Below are positions 9,474 to 19,595 of a stretch of 53,354 nucleotides of DNA, one piece after another. The position numbers were made by a program, and so were the translations under genes. Position 1 is the first letter of the stretch. Each line of letters begins with the position of its first letter. The DNA is from a virus (lineage: Duplodnaviria; Caudoviricetes). The DNA lies in the IMG/VR virus record IMGVR_UViG_3300031539_000043, positions 1 through 53,354 of that record. One strand, given 5' to 3'. The notes under the pieces were generated by a model. That model saw only the letters and a list, made by a program, of their open reading frames with translations, ran no database searches and had not been told where the DNA came from.

Positions 9474-9959
9474 GTGATTGGATTAAAAACAATCTGCACA
9501 GTTCTTGTGCATGAAAATAAAAATATTTCAAAAAATCAAAAGATAAATATATTGAAATATATTAAAGAAACATCTGATAGTGAAATTGAATCTCTATTTA
9601 AACCAGAAATGATAGAACAGATTGTTAAAGAAGATGTTACGGCACAAGCATTGGGAGCTTTATTAGGAGGGCCTTTTTGGGTATTGTGGAGAGCAATAGG
9701 AGCTACAATAAGTAAGAAAAGACGCTTATGTGGAACCCTTAGAATTAGTAACCAAAGAACAATGTGTATTCAAAGAGTTGCAATAGATGAGTTAAAGAAA
9801 AAGATTAATATGCTTTCTTCAGCTCTTGCTACTTGTAGAAAAACAGAAGATCCTGGTTTATGTAAAGATAGGGTAAATAATGCTATGCAGTCATTGAAAG
9901 AAAGACTTGATAAAAAAGAAGAAAAATTTAAATATAAATGGGGAAGTCAAAATAAATAA
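9474..9959 (+). CDS. Putative virion protein, 4-Cys paralog family member 3
   Basis: GTG start after GAGGA; hydrophobic segment followed by C-x11-C-x22-C-x8-C. Confidence 0.65.
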   Translation: MIGLKTICTVLVHENKNISKNQKINILKYIKETSDSEIESLFKPEMIEQIVKEDVTAQALGALLGGPFWVLWRAIGATISKKRRLCGTLRISNQRTMCIQRVAIDELKKKINMLSSALATCRKTEDPGLCKDRVNNAMQSLKERLDKKEEKFKYKWGSQNK

Positions 9960-9991
9960 ATAATTAGATTTGAAAAGAAAGGAGATTTATT

Positions 9992-10780
9992 ATGTTTACA
10001 TCATTTGTTGATTTAAAGTATCCGGAATATGAAGTCATCACGCCTCAAACACATGATTCATATCACACCAAAACACTTAATGTTCAAGAGGAAGAACGAT
10101 TAAAAGCTAGTTTTTTAACACCATCAAAAATTACAGAACATTTAAATAAATGTATTTATGAATCATTAGTTAAAAAACCTGCTAAGATTAAAAATTATGA
10201 TGATTTTTTAAGGAATGTTACTTTAAAAGATCGGGATGCTCTTCTATATGGTTTATATCACATTACATATGAAGACATTAGAAATTATGAAATTAAATGT
10301 GGTGAATGTGGGAAAAATTATCAGGTATCAGTTAAAGCATCTGAAACCTTTAATTCACAATCTTACCCTGATAAAGATGTATTAAAGAAGAAAGTTGAAG
10401 TTACTTTACCTCTTTCAAAAGGCGTCACTGCAACAATTAAACAACCAACAATGTTTGATGAATTATTGGCATTTAAAACATTAGGAATGCAGCCAAATGC
10501 AAGTATTGATATTATAACAGAAACACTTGTTATAGATGATTTTAAACAACTTCCGGAAAATGGAGATATAATTGTTTGGAATGAACCCGGAGATATTATT
10601 GATGCTTATCTATCACTTCCTTCTAAAGATAAAAGAGCAATACACTCACAATATAGAAATACATTTGGTAAATATGGAATTGCATTAAAGATGAGAAGTG
10701 CATGTATTCATTGTGGACAAGAGGAGGACGTGGACCTTGATTTGGTCCAGAACTTTTTTCGTATGGTGTACTCAGTCTAA
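9992..10780 (+). CDS. Baseplate hub assembly protein / tail chaperone (T4 gp26-like)
   Basis: YPEYEVITP, DRDALL...ITY, two CxxC motifs (CGEC, CIHC), C-terminal NFF; upstream of gp25-like gene. Confidence 0.7.
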   Translation: MFTSFVDLKYPEYEVITPQTHDSYHTKTLNVQEEERLKASFLTPSKITEHLNKCIYESLVKKPAKIKNYDDFLRNVTLKDRDALLYGLYHITYEDIRNYEIKCGECGKNYQVSVKASETFNSQSYPDKDVLKKKVEVTLPLSKGVTATIKQPTMFDELLAFKTLGMQPNASIDIITETLVIDDFKQLPENGDIIVWNEPGDIIDAYLSLPSKDKRAIHSQYRNTFGKYGIALKMRSACIHCGQEEDVDLDLVQNFFRMVYSV

Positions 10781-10970
10781 TTTACAAAATAAATTTCGAG
10801 AAGAGTTAGAGGAAAATATTTTTGCATGTATGGAAATGAGTCATCAATCATATTATCATGTTTCTTTGATGCCTCTTCAGCGTTTTTATAATTATCTTAA
10901 GTGGAAATCAAAACTTGAAGAAGATAGAAGAAAAACTATAGAAGAGCATGTTGGAAATCTAGGAGGTTAA
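10754..10970 (+). CDS. Small tail/baseplate chaperone segment, possibly expressed by frameshift from the upstream gene
   Basis: EENIFACMEMSHQSY..VSLMP..RF pattern resembles the small chaperone that follows gp26-like genes; +1 frame, no clear RBS or start. Confidence 0.55.
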
Positions 10971-10974
10971 TTAA

Positions 10975-11412
10975 ATGGCAAATTTGTTAGATAGATTTAA
11001 AAATAGCGTTATTGGATCTGACAATAAGATTCGAGATTATTTGCCAAATATTGAAGCAAAAGGAGATTTTCAATCTACTGTAGATCTTAATGTTATAATT
11101 AATTCATGGAGAAACATTTTATTAACTCCACGAAGGAATTATCCATTTGATCCTGAATATGGTAGTGATTTGTATAAAATGGTTTTTGACCCATTAGATG
11201 AGGTAACCATTCAAAGAATTGAGGAGGAAATATATAATTCTATTCAAATATATGATAATAGAGCTTTTATTGAAGATGTAGATATAAAATATTTAAAATT
11301 TGAAAAGGGAGTTTCCATTGATATATATGTTGATTATAAAGGAGATAAAGGAATCTTATCTATTATATTAAATGAGCAAATATTTTCTGGTCTTCTAACT
11401 GCGGAGGGGTAG
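10975..11412 (+). CDS. Baseplate wedge subunit, gp25-like
   Basis: NSWRNILLTP..YPFDPEYGSDL..MVFDP, IQIYDNRA. Confidence 0.88.
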   Translation: MANLLDRFKNSVIGSDNKIRDYLPNIEAKGDFQSTVDLNVIINSWRNILLTPRRNYPFDPEYGSDLYKMVFDPLDEVTIQRIEEEIYNSIQIYDNRAFIEDVDIKYLKFEKGVSIDIYVDYKGDKGILSIILNEQIFSGLLTAEG

Positions 11413-11416
11413 TTTA

Positions 11417-12079
11417 TTGAGTTTAGATACAATACAAAAATATCAACGAGTGTATGAATATATATCCGATTATCATAGACTTCTGTATGATTTTTATAGT
11501 AAGCATGCTGTTTCATTTTTAGTTACATACTATCATCTTAATATTGATGAAACTATTTGGGATGATAATAAATTACTTGGCGGATCTTATGAAGACTTTG
11601 GAACATTATCGGGAGTGAAGTATGATAAGATATTATTATTGCCAGTGTATTTTATGGAAGATGTAGCAACTGCTTTTGATGGTCAGGAAATTGGATATGT
11701 TAAAGATGGAAATACATCATTAACTATTCCGAGCACTTATGGGTTTGTGCCATATCCTGGAGATATAATAAAATTTGATCAAACATTTTTAAGGCAAACA
11801 AATGATACATATCCCCTTTTTAGAATAGAAGGAATTGAAAAATCAGTTAATACTGATTATACATTTTGGAAATTAACAGCCCATAAATATCAAAGTCGTA
11901 CTACAACAAATATTGAGGAACAACAACTAAATAGAGTTTTAACATTTTTAGATTATGATAAAAAGATCCATTTGTTAGATGATAGTTCATATCTTACTAG
12001 ATTGCTTGTTAAGAATGAAAGTCTCAGAGCAACTTTAAAAAATTTATATGATGATAACAGTGGACTTTACTTTATTTAA
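11417..12079 (+). CDS. Virion structural protein (possible neck/head-completion protein)
   Basis: Context between gp25-like and wedge genes; PYPGDII motif is reminiscent of neck proteins; TTG start uncertain. Confidence 0.5.
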   Translation: MSLDTIQKYQRVYEYISDYHRLLYDFYSKHAVSFLVTYYHLNIDETIWDDNKLLGGSYEDFGTLSGVKYDKILLLPVYFMEDVATAFDGQEIGYVKDGNTSLTIPSTYGFVPYPGDIIKFDQTFLRQTNDTYPLFRIEGIEKSVNTDYTFWKLTAHKYQSRTTTNIEEQQLNRVLTFLDYDKKIHLLDDSSYLTRLLVKNESLRATLKNLYDDNSGLYFI

Positions 12080-12096
12080 TTAAGGAAATATAACAT

Positions 12097-14553
12097 ATGA
12101 CTGATACAAGTTTATCAAATCAAATTTTTCTTTCAAGAAATGAGATAAAGAATCAAATTATAACTTTTTTACAATCCTACCTTGAATTAGAGAATGTTGA
12201 TTTGGTTAAATCATCATTTCTTTCTTTTCTTATTGAGGTTTTAGCGATTTTAACAAGTAACACTTTATTTTATCAAATATCAACATACAAAGAATTTTTC
12301 CTTACCAAAGCTCAATTACCGGAATCTATTTTAAATCTATCCTCATTTTTAGGTTATACTGCAAATGAGGCTACTCCAGCAACAGTAAATATTTTAATCA
12401 CAATGCCATTTGGTTTTACAGATTCACCTACAGAATTTACAATTCCAGAAGGAGCTGTTTTTAAAAGTTCAGATATAGAATTTAAAACATATTATATAAC
12501 AACAATTACAGTAACTGATAATTTAACTGTTTCTATTAATATTCAAGAAGGAAACAAAACATATAACTTACCTATTAGCATTGATACTGTTGAAGATAAC
12601 TTTTCATTTTTATTACCTGTAAAGCAAGTTAAAGTTGATATTCAGGAATTTCAAGTTGATGCTGATTTACAAACTTATCAATTTTATGATCAAGAAGTTG
12701 AATTGGATGGTCAAATGTCAAGTTTACTTGTTGAAGTTCAGGAAGCATCTTCTACATCTTGGACTACATATACAAAATTTAATAGTTTATTTTTGATGGA
12801 TAATAATGATCTAGGTTATGTTTCTTCTAGAAGTGATACTGGTCTTAGAATATCATTTGGTAATGGTCTTAATGGAGTTCAACCTCCACCAGGTGGTAGA
12901 ATAAGAGTAACCACTAATTTAACAAAAGGATTAGATGGGAATGTAATTGCTGGAGCAATTACAAGCGGAGATAGAATTTATAATACAACTTTAGCAGGAA
13001 TAACACAACTTGTTAGTTATACTGTTCTTAATATATCAGCAGCAGTTAATGGGGCAGATGAAGAATCATTAGAATCAATAAGATCAAATGCAATTATTAA
13101 TTTAACAGCTTTAAGTAGAGTTGTTTCTGGAGGTGATTTTACAAATATTGATACTATTATTCAAGATTCAACTCTTGGAGCAAACTCTTTGCCTATATTA
13201 AAACGATCGGATCTTAAAGTAAATGAAATTAGTTTATTTACAACATTGTTTTTCAATGGTTCTATTGTACCTACCAGAGATGCCTTTCAAGAATTTACCT
13301 CAACATATATTCCAAGGCAAACTATTGTAACTGTCAATGGAACTCAATTTTATACTATTTTTGATATGGCTATTGATCCTTTAAATTCTGTAGCAAATTA
13401 TGATTATATTTTATTTGAACTTGAACTAATTCCTAGTTTAACTACTACATTTGATACTGATTATGATATGCAAGCAACTAAATTAGTTTCTAAACGAGAA
13501 GGTCAAAAAGCTATATATGAACTTACTTATACTTCAACAGAAGTAGATGTTGGAACAACAACCTGTGAAATGGAAATTGTTGAAGTTGGTGCAAAATATT
13601 CAATGATTAATGATACAACTGGAGCGTTTGTTTTTGAATTTGCAAATTATGTAATTGTTCCTGCTGGAGAATTAACATATAGATTTCATATTTCAAATTC
13701 GTTAGGATTAGTATCTACATATTCAACACAATTTACATTTAGAAAATCTTTAAGAGATTTTACTATGTCGGATGTTGTGGTTCAGGATTCCACTGGATAT
13801 ATTGTATATGATATACCAGTGGTAAAAAAGAGTTATTACGATGGTATTAATCAACGTGATTTTGAATTACAAGTTCTACAAGAATTAATGAATAAAGCTA
13901 CGTTTGAAGATTATAGAATGTTGACAGATTTTATTAGTTTAAAGTTCGGTAATACAACTGGAAGTATGACTAATATGCAATTAAACACAACTAATAAAAC
14001 AATTGTATCTATACTTTCAGACCCACCTTCTTTATGCAATACTGGTGACATATATATTGTAGGAAGGGGTACTGGAGCTTGGAATGGATATAATAATTAT
14101 TTTGCAACCTGTGTAGATTCAACTGCAGGTACATGGTCTTTTCTAGAACCTAATCCAGATCAAATGGTTCTAATTCAAAGTGATAGTAATAAGTATATTT
14201 TTTCAGAATCTGGATGGGTTATTCCTAATTATACTATTCCTCTTGAGATTGAGGTTGATGTTTTTAAAGATTCATCTTATAGTGGGTCTCTTGGAGATTT
14301 AACAAGTGCTATAAGAAATGCTATATATAGTGCATTTTCCAATAGGTTTGGTATTAACGTTAATATTTTTAGATCTGAAATTATTGATGTTATTCAAGAA
14401 GTTACTGGAGTTGAAAGATGTAGAATAGTAAAACCAAAATCTTCTATCTTTTTTGATTATGATATTAACAATTTCACACAAACACAATTATTAGAATTTT
14501 CTCCAGAATATATTTATTTTACATCATCAAATATTTCTGTTAGGGTTTTTTAA
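12097..14553 (+). CDS. Baseplate wedge protein (T4 gp6 / baseplate J-like) with internal DUF2793-like insert
   Basis: EFFLTKAQL..SI..L...LGY, ISFGNGLNG..P, GADEESLESIR, SRVVS..DF, SEIIDVIQEVTGV. Confidence 0.85.
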   Translation: MTDTSLSNQIFLSRNEIKNQIITFLQSYLELENVDLVKSSFLSFLIEVLAILTSNTLFYQISTYKEFFLTKAQLPESILNLSSFLGYTANEATPATVNILITMPFGFTDSPTEFTIPEGAVFKSSDIEFKTYYITTITVTDNLTVSINIQEGNKTYNLPISIDTVEDNFSFLLPVKQVKVDIQEFQVDADLQTYQFYDQEVELDGQMSSLLVEVQEASSTSWTTYTKFNSLFLMDNNDLGYVSSRSDTGLRISFGNGLNGVQPPPGGRIRVTTNLTKGLDGNVIAGAITSGDRIYNTTLAGITQLVSYTVLNISAAVNGADEESLESIRSNAIINLTALSRVVSGGDFTNIDTIIQDSTLGANSLPILKRSDLKVNEISLFTTLFFNGSIVPTRDAFQEFTSTYIPRQTIVTVNGTQFYTIFDMAIDPLNSVANYDYILFELELIPSLTTTFDTDYDMQATKLVSKREGQKAIYELTYTSTEVDVGTTTCEMEIVEVGAKYSMINDTTGAFVFEFANYVIVPAGELTYRFHISNSLGLVSTYSTQFTFRKSLRDFTMSDVVVQDSTGYIVYDIPVVKKSYYDGINQRDFELQVLQELMNKATFEDYRMLTDFISLKFGNTTGSMTNMQLNTTNKTIVSILSDPPSLCNTGDIYIVGRGTGAWNGYNNYFATCVDSTAGTWSFLEPNPDQMVLIQSDSNKYIFSESGWVIPNYTIPLEIEVDVFKDSSYSGSLGDLTSAIRNAIYSAFSNRFGINVNIFRSEIIDVIQEVTGVERCRIVKPKSSIFFDYDINNFTQTQLLEFSPEYIYFTSSNISVRVF

Positions 14554-14556
14554 ATT

Positions 14557-15669
14557 ATGCATATACTTTTAAAAGAAGCAAAAGTTGACAAATCAAAATT
14601 AAAAAGATTAATTACTCAATTAGCTGCTGGGGAATTATCTAAATTATCAGAACCATGTTATTACTCACCATTAAAGGGACCTTATTTCCAATTATTATCT
14701 GCAGCTGGTTTAACTGAAAAACAAGTAAAAAAGTTTATTGAAAGATTTTATAAAGATCATCCAGCAAGAAAATGGAAAACACAAACTGTTGTTCCCACCA
14801 ATCTACTATTATTTATTATGTATTATTTTTTAAAGGAAAGAGACCAGGCTGGATATTCTATGACGTTGACATATCTTTTAATAAGATACTATTCTAATTT
14901 AATGAATAAACATATTAAATATTGTAATCCCAATGTTTTTAGATATACCCTTGAACATCTAACTAAAACACATTTATTTATAAGAGAAAAAACTATTGCC
15001 AACGGACTTTATTTTCTATCTAACCAGATTCAATTAAGATGGACTAAATATATAAGGGATTGTGCAGAAGTGAATAGTATTGTTAGATTTATTGGTGAAG
15101 CAAGACATAGAGTTGCTCAAAGTGTTAGAAGTTTTGCACAAAATTATTATAAAGCAAGTAAAGAAGGTGGGTCTATTAAAACACAACTTGAACCAACTGA
15201 AGATGATGGTATGTTTCAATATAAAGTTTTAGAAAAAGGTAAGAGAGCTATTGAAGAAGTAACGAAGAAGATATGTATATATAAATTTGTAGATAAGAAA
15301 GCGATTGAGGATGCTAAGAAATTAACAAAAATAAGATCTTCGATTGCAGTATTAATTTCTAATTCAATTACTGATTTAAAATACAATGAAGATATTAAAA
15401 TGATATTACATTTATTTATTAAAGATCTTGATAATGTTAATTCTTTATGTGGTTCAGGGTTTGTTAAATATGTTAGAAAATTAATGGCAATCAAGAGAAC
15501 TAAATCTAATGTATATTTTAAACAACAAATTAATCTTTTATTAGAAAAGGTTTTAAATGATATTAAATATCAAGAATGGTATTCAGGTTTAACAAATCAA
15601 ACTAGATTTATAGTTAATTCATATTTTGCATTCTATTTAACTATGCTATTACGAAATAATATTTGTTAA
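14557..15669 (+). CDS. Hypothetical basic helical protein
   Basis: 370-aa ORF ending the plus-strand operon; overlaps the convergent gene by 4 nt (TTAA). Confidence 0.7.
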   Translation: MHILLKEAKVDKSKLKRLITQLAAGELSKLSEPCYYSPLKGPYFQLLSAAGLTEKQVKKFIERFYKDHPARKWKTQTVVPTNLLLFIMYYFLKERDQAGYSMTLTYLLIRYYSNLMNKHIKYCNPNVFRYTLEHLTKTHLFIREKTIANGLYFLSNQIQLRWTKYIRDCAEVNSIVRFIGEARHRVAQSVRSFAQNYYKASKEGGSIKTQLEPTEDDGMFQYKVLEKGKRAIEEVTKKICIYKFVDKKAIEDAKKLTKIRSSIAVLISNSITDLKYNEDIKMILHLFIKDLDNVNSLCGSGFVKYVRKLMAIKRTKSNVYFKQQINLLLEKVLNDIKYQEWYSGLTNQTRFIVNSYFAFYLTMLLRNNIC

Positions 15670-16826
15670 ATATTTGGATAATCAATCATTAAAGTATCAG
15701 CTATATTTTTTTTATCTGGATCAACTCTTGCTTGACGTGAGCCAGTTTCATAATCTGTAGCAGTGCCTGCAAGTTTTGAAGTTGAAGATTTTCTAGTTGT
15801 ATTTGTTACTGATTCTCCTAAACGATCATAAACTGGTTTCTTTTCACCCTGCATTATTTTAAGATATTTTCTCAATGTTGGTCTTGCTGGGTTTGCACTA
15901 TGACTTGCAAGCATACTATTATATAAACTTCCAAAATCAATTCTAACATCAACCATTGCCAATCTTTGATTATATGCTATACTTTGTTGATCCCCACCTT
16001 TAATAATTGTAATACCGGCAATATATGCAGGATCTAAATCAAAAATTCCAGGTGCTTTAACTTTATGTAAAAGTGGCCAATTATATGATGCCCCATCTTC
16101 TGAAATTGGAATTCCTAATAACATAAGTGCAGCAATAGGACCAACTATATATTTATTTGTATCTATTCCACTTTTTGGATTTGGATTATATAAACGTATG
16201 GTCATTGTATATGAGGGAGTAAATGAACTTGTTTTCCAAACTTGAGGAAAGTCAATTCTTGCTCCAGCAGCTAAACGATCTACTAAATTTATCCCACTAA
16301 CTATACTTTTCCCCCCTGACATTCCTTGAAGAGCCCCCATTAAATCTTTTGCCCATCCTCCAGCCATGCCCATACCAGATCCGATAGCTCCAGCGACGCC
16401 ACCTTTACCTTTTAGTTTCTTTTGAATTTTACCAAAAGATTCAGTTGCAGATCTAGACCCCATGAATTGATTTAGAGCAGCGGCACCTTCTGAAACAACA
16501 TCTGTCATTTTTTGTAAAAAATTTTCTCCATATTCATTTTGAAATGTATCAGTTGGAAAACTATCAGCTAGAAAAGCAACTTTAAGGGATTTTGTTCCAG
16601 TTTCAAAATCAAAACCATGAGAATTTAAAAGACTTTTATATTGAGCCCACGCATCACCTAATGTGTATATATCAAGTCCTGCTTGGAATGACGGAATTGA
16701 AGGTCTAATGTCTGCAATTGGCATAGCGTTGAGCATTACAGCATTTGTCCGAGGTTCTAAATTCAAAGGAGGCATTCCTATAATATTTGGTATTTTTATT
16801 AAAGCATTGTTTGATTGTTTTGCCAT
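15666..16826 (-). CDS. Putative baseplate/tail-tube initiator (gp48/gp54-like)
   Basis: DTFQNEYGE, Gly-rich middle, FPQVWKTSSF.PSY.MTIRL.NP, ITIIKGG, VDVRIDFGSLY; follows the tape-measure-like gene. Confidence 0.55.
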   Translation of the reverse strand: MAKQSNNALIKIPNIIGMPPLNLEPRTNAVMLNAMPIADIRPSIPSFQAGLDIYTLGDAWAQYKSLLNSHGFDFETGTKSLKVAFLADSFPTDTFQNEYGENFLQKMTDVVSEGAAALNQFMGSRSATESFGKIQKKLKGKGGVAGAIGSGMGMAGGWAKDLMGALQGMSGGKSIVSGINLVDRLAAGARIDFPQVWKTSSFTPSYTMTIRLYNPNPKSGIDTNKYIVGPIAALMLLGIPISEDGASYNWPLLHKVKAPGIFDLDPAYIAGITIIKGGDQQSIAYNQRLAMVDVRIDFGSLYNSMLASHSANPARPTLRKYLKIMQGEKKPVYDRLGESVTNTTRKSSTSKLAGTATDYETGSRQARVDPDKKNIADTLMIDYPNI

Positions 16827-16935
16827 TTATATATCCTCTAATGTTTGATTTAAAAATTTTTATAATTCTGTAATACAGACTATTTTACTAGCTTGCCTGT
16901 TGAATGTCTATATTTATAATGACATTTTCATATCA

Positions 16936-19584
16936 TTAATTTATCATGCCTGTTACAATTTTACTATTGTAGTAATCTTTAGCTTGACTTAGAGCTTTTC
17001 TACCACCTTGAACTGAAGAAGATGATTGATTTTGTATGCTATTAGCTACACTATTGGATATGTTATTTACAGCTACTACTGATTCTTGTGTGCCTTCTTG
17101 AATCATACTACCTACTTTTGTTAATCCTTTTTCAAGATTTTTTGTGTAAGCAGTCATTTCTACTATTTTATCTTTTGCTTGATTTATTGCTAAAGTTGTT
17201 CCTTCTACAACTTTACTACCAACTTCTTGTACTTTATCTTTAGCCATCATTCCTTTGTCATATAATGTTGATTCTATAGCTGTAAATTTTCCATGTTTTT
17301 TAACATACTCTAAGAATGCTGCTTCTCTTCTAGCTCCATATTTTTCTGGGTTCATCCCGATTAATGCAATTTCACGGAAACCACCTTGATTCAACCATTC
17401 ACCTCTTAATTGAGTTAAATGGTCTGGATCATATTTCATGTATTCATTCAAATTTTTATTTGCATATTCTACTTGCGCTTTCTGAATTCGTTCACGATTA
17501 ATGCTCCATCCTCCAACATCTTGGTCTCGTTTCTTCTTAAATGTTCCATATATATCTTTCGTAGTCCTCAATCCTACTTGTCCTTCTCTTCTCTCTGCTC
17601 CAGTTTTGCCAGTTCTAGCTTTTTCTAACTGTGTTTTTCGTATTTCATCCATTGATTTTCTGCCTTCTCTGGTTATATCGTCAACATGTTTAAACCACTT
17701 TTCTCTGGCGGGAGCAATAAGATATTTATTTATAATAGTTCCTAAACCATAACCCAATGCACCAGCGGCCAAAACTGCAGAAGCTGGACCTAAAAATTTA
17801 GCTAACCCAGCCCCTGTTCCTATTTTGGAAAGAAATGGAGCAAGTCTACTAATACCATTTAGACCACCCATTAATCCACCGAACATACTTTTTAATGTGC
17901 TCATAAGGAATCCACCAACAGTCATTAATATACTTAGAAAGTTTTTTGATCTCAATCTTCTTTTTACTTTAACTAATGATTCGGTTTGATCCTTATTATA
18001 TGCTAGCATTTTTTTATCTCGTTTATTATCTACTTGTTTTTCTTTTCGTTCAACTTTACAACAATTTATCATAGTATCATAAAACGTAAGTTCTTTTTTT
18101 CCTTTCTGTTCTTCAGCAGTTGCTGATAATCCACCATAAATTCCTTCTAATTTACGAGCGTTTTTTCCTTTCAATGATGGTATATCTCTTTCTTTTGTTA
18201 AAAGTTCAGCTAAAGATTCATGACCTTTTCCAATAAGAACTTCGCGAATTACATTTTCAATTCCTTTTGTTCCCTTGTGCCATGCCCACATAAATGGTTT
18301 AGTAATTAAATTACTAAGACGCCATATACCAGTTGAAACCCCTTCTAATTTACCGTATGATTTCCCCGTAACAAATGCTGATAAATCTCTTGTTGCTTCA
18401 GCAGTAGCTTTGGTATATAGAACAAGATTATCTAATCTCCACATACCTTCACTATACACGAGGCCTATATTTGTTGCTGTTGCGATCATTGGATTTTTAT
18501 TTCTAGATAGATGAGAGACATATCCACCTCTGGCTTTAAATATTCGATATATCGCTTTAAATGGCATTCCGATAGTTTTATTGATAGTTTTTGCTAAAAA
18601 TATAATTTGTCTAAACATTGGATGTTCAATAAGCATTTTTTGCCATACTTGACGCCATGTCCCAATTTGAGCTCCAAGTGCATCTTGAATTGCCAATAAA
18701 GCTCTTAATTGTCTTTTAGAATCTGGCTCCAAATATTGAGTATTAACTTCCCCCCATGCTCTAATAAAACCTTTTACTAAACCAACTTTTTGTTTTTCTC
18801 CATGAACTGAAACAAATGTTCTCATATTTGTCATACTCTTTAACTGTTCTTTTCTATAAATATTAATCATTGATTCAAATGTACCTAATCGGTCATCTAC
18901 ATTTGCTAGAACTTTTTCAATTGGCATTACAACTTCTGCTGGGTGCAATTGAGCGACACCCCCTTTAGAAACGTATCCACCATGTTGCATTTTAGGAATT
19001 GGTGTATCAGTTAGACTTTTTTCACTGATCGAACTAATATCAGCTTTCTTACTTTTTCGACTTTTTACTTTGTCTATAATATTACCAAATCCTTCTTTAA
19101 ACTTTGTAGTAACACTTCCAAGAACATTTCCAAAACCTTCTCTAAGTTTTGCAGCAGCTGTTCTAAACACATCAGTCTCCATAAATTTAGCTGCAAAATA
19201 TCCAAAGAGCGGAGTGCTTCTTGCCATAGCCATTGCTATAACATTTTTTTTATTAAAACTAATATCTTCTGATACTGCTTTACCATACTGAGAAATCGCA
19301 TCTTTTGTAGCAGAAGCAGAACTAATAGTTACCTTTTTTATACCTGTACTAAAAGATCCAATGGTTTGACTCAGTTTCTTTAAAACTCCAATCATAGATG
19401 ATTGTACTTTTTCAATATCCTCTGAATCATCAATCATCTGTTCTGTTTCTTCAATTTCTTGATATACATCTTTTTGCATTCCATCAACTGTTTTATTTAC
19501 ATTACTTATATTTGCAATTCTCTCATCCATAGCATCGTTTGTTTGTGTAATACTACCAGGAGTTTTGTCATTTTTTATTGCCAT
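16936..19584 (-). CDS. Tape-measure-like tail protein
   Basis: 882 aa, helical, Gly/Ala-rich hydrophobic segments; PKMQHGGYV....AQLHPAEVVMP motif common in tape measure proteins. Confidence 0.65.
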   Translation of the reverse strand: MAIKNDKTPGSITQTNDAMDERIANISNVNKTVDGMQKDVYQEIEETEQMIDDSEDIEKVQSSMIGVLKKLSQTIGSFSTGIKKVTISSASATKDAISQYGKAVSEDISFNKKNVIAMAMARSTPLFGYFAAKFMETDVFRTAAAKLREGFGNVLGSVTTKFKEGFGNIIDKVKSRKSKKADISSISEKSLTDTPIPKMQHGGYVSKGGVAQLHPAEVVMPIEKVLANVDDRLGTFESMINIYRKEQLKSMTNMRTFVSVHGEKQKVGLVKGFIRAWGEVNTQYLEPDSKRQLRALLAIQDALGAQIGTWRQVWQKMLIEHPMFRQIIFLAKTINKTIGMPFKAIYRIFKARGGYVSHLSRNKNPMIATATNIGLVYSEGMWRLDNLVLYTKATAEATRDLSAFVTGKSYGKLEGVSTGIWRLSNLITKPFMWAWHKGTKGIENVIREVLIGKGHESLAELLTKERDIPSLKGKNARKLEGIYGGLSATAEEQKGKKELTFYDTMINCCKVERKEKQVDNKRDKKMLAYNKDQTESLVKVKRRLRSKNFLSILMTVGGFLMSTLKSMFGGLMGGLNGISRLAPFLSKIGTGAGLAKFLGPASAVLAAGALGYGLGTIINKYLIAPAREKWFKHVDDITREGRKSMDEIRKTQLEKARTGKTGAERREGQVGLRTTKDIYGTFKKKRDQDVGGWSINRERIQKAQVEYANKNLNEYMKYDPDHLTQLRGEWLNQGGFREIALIGMNPEKYGARREAAFLEYVKKHGKFTAIESTLYDKGMMAKDKVQEVGSKVVEGTTLAINQAKDKIVEMTAYTKNLEKGLTKVGSMIQEGTQESVVAVNNISNSVANSIQNQSSSSVQGGRKALSQAKDYYNSKIVTGMIN

Positions 19585-19595
19585 AAGTTAATCCT

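Noticed and set aside
16903-16926. T4-type late promoter TATAAATA (minus strand, 16911-16918) inside a short AATGTC/GACATT inverted repeat
   Set aside because: Single intergenic instance in very AT-rich DNA and absent from the other structural operon starts; chance cannot be excluded.
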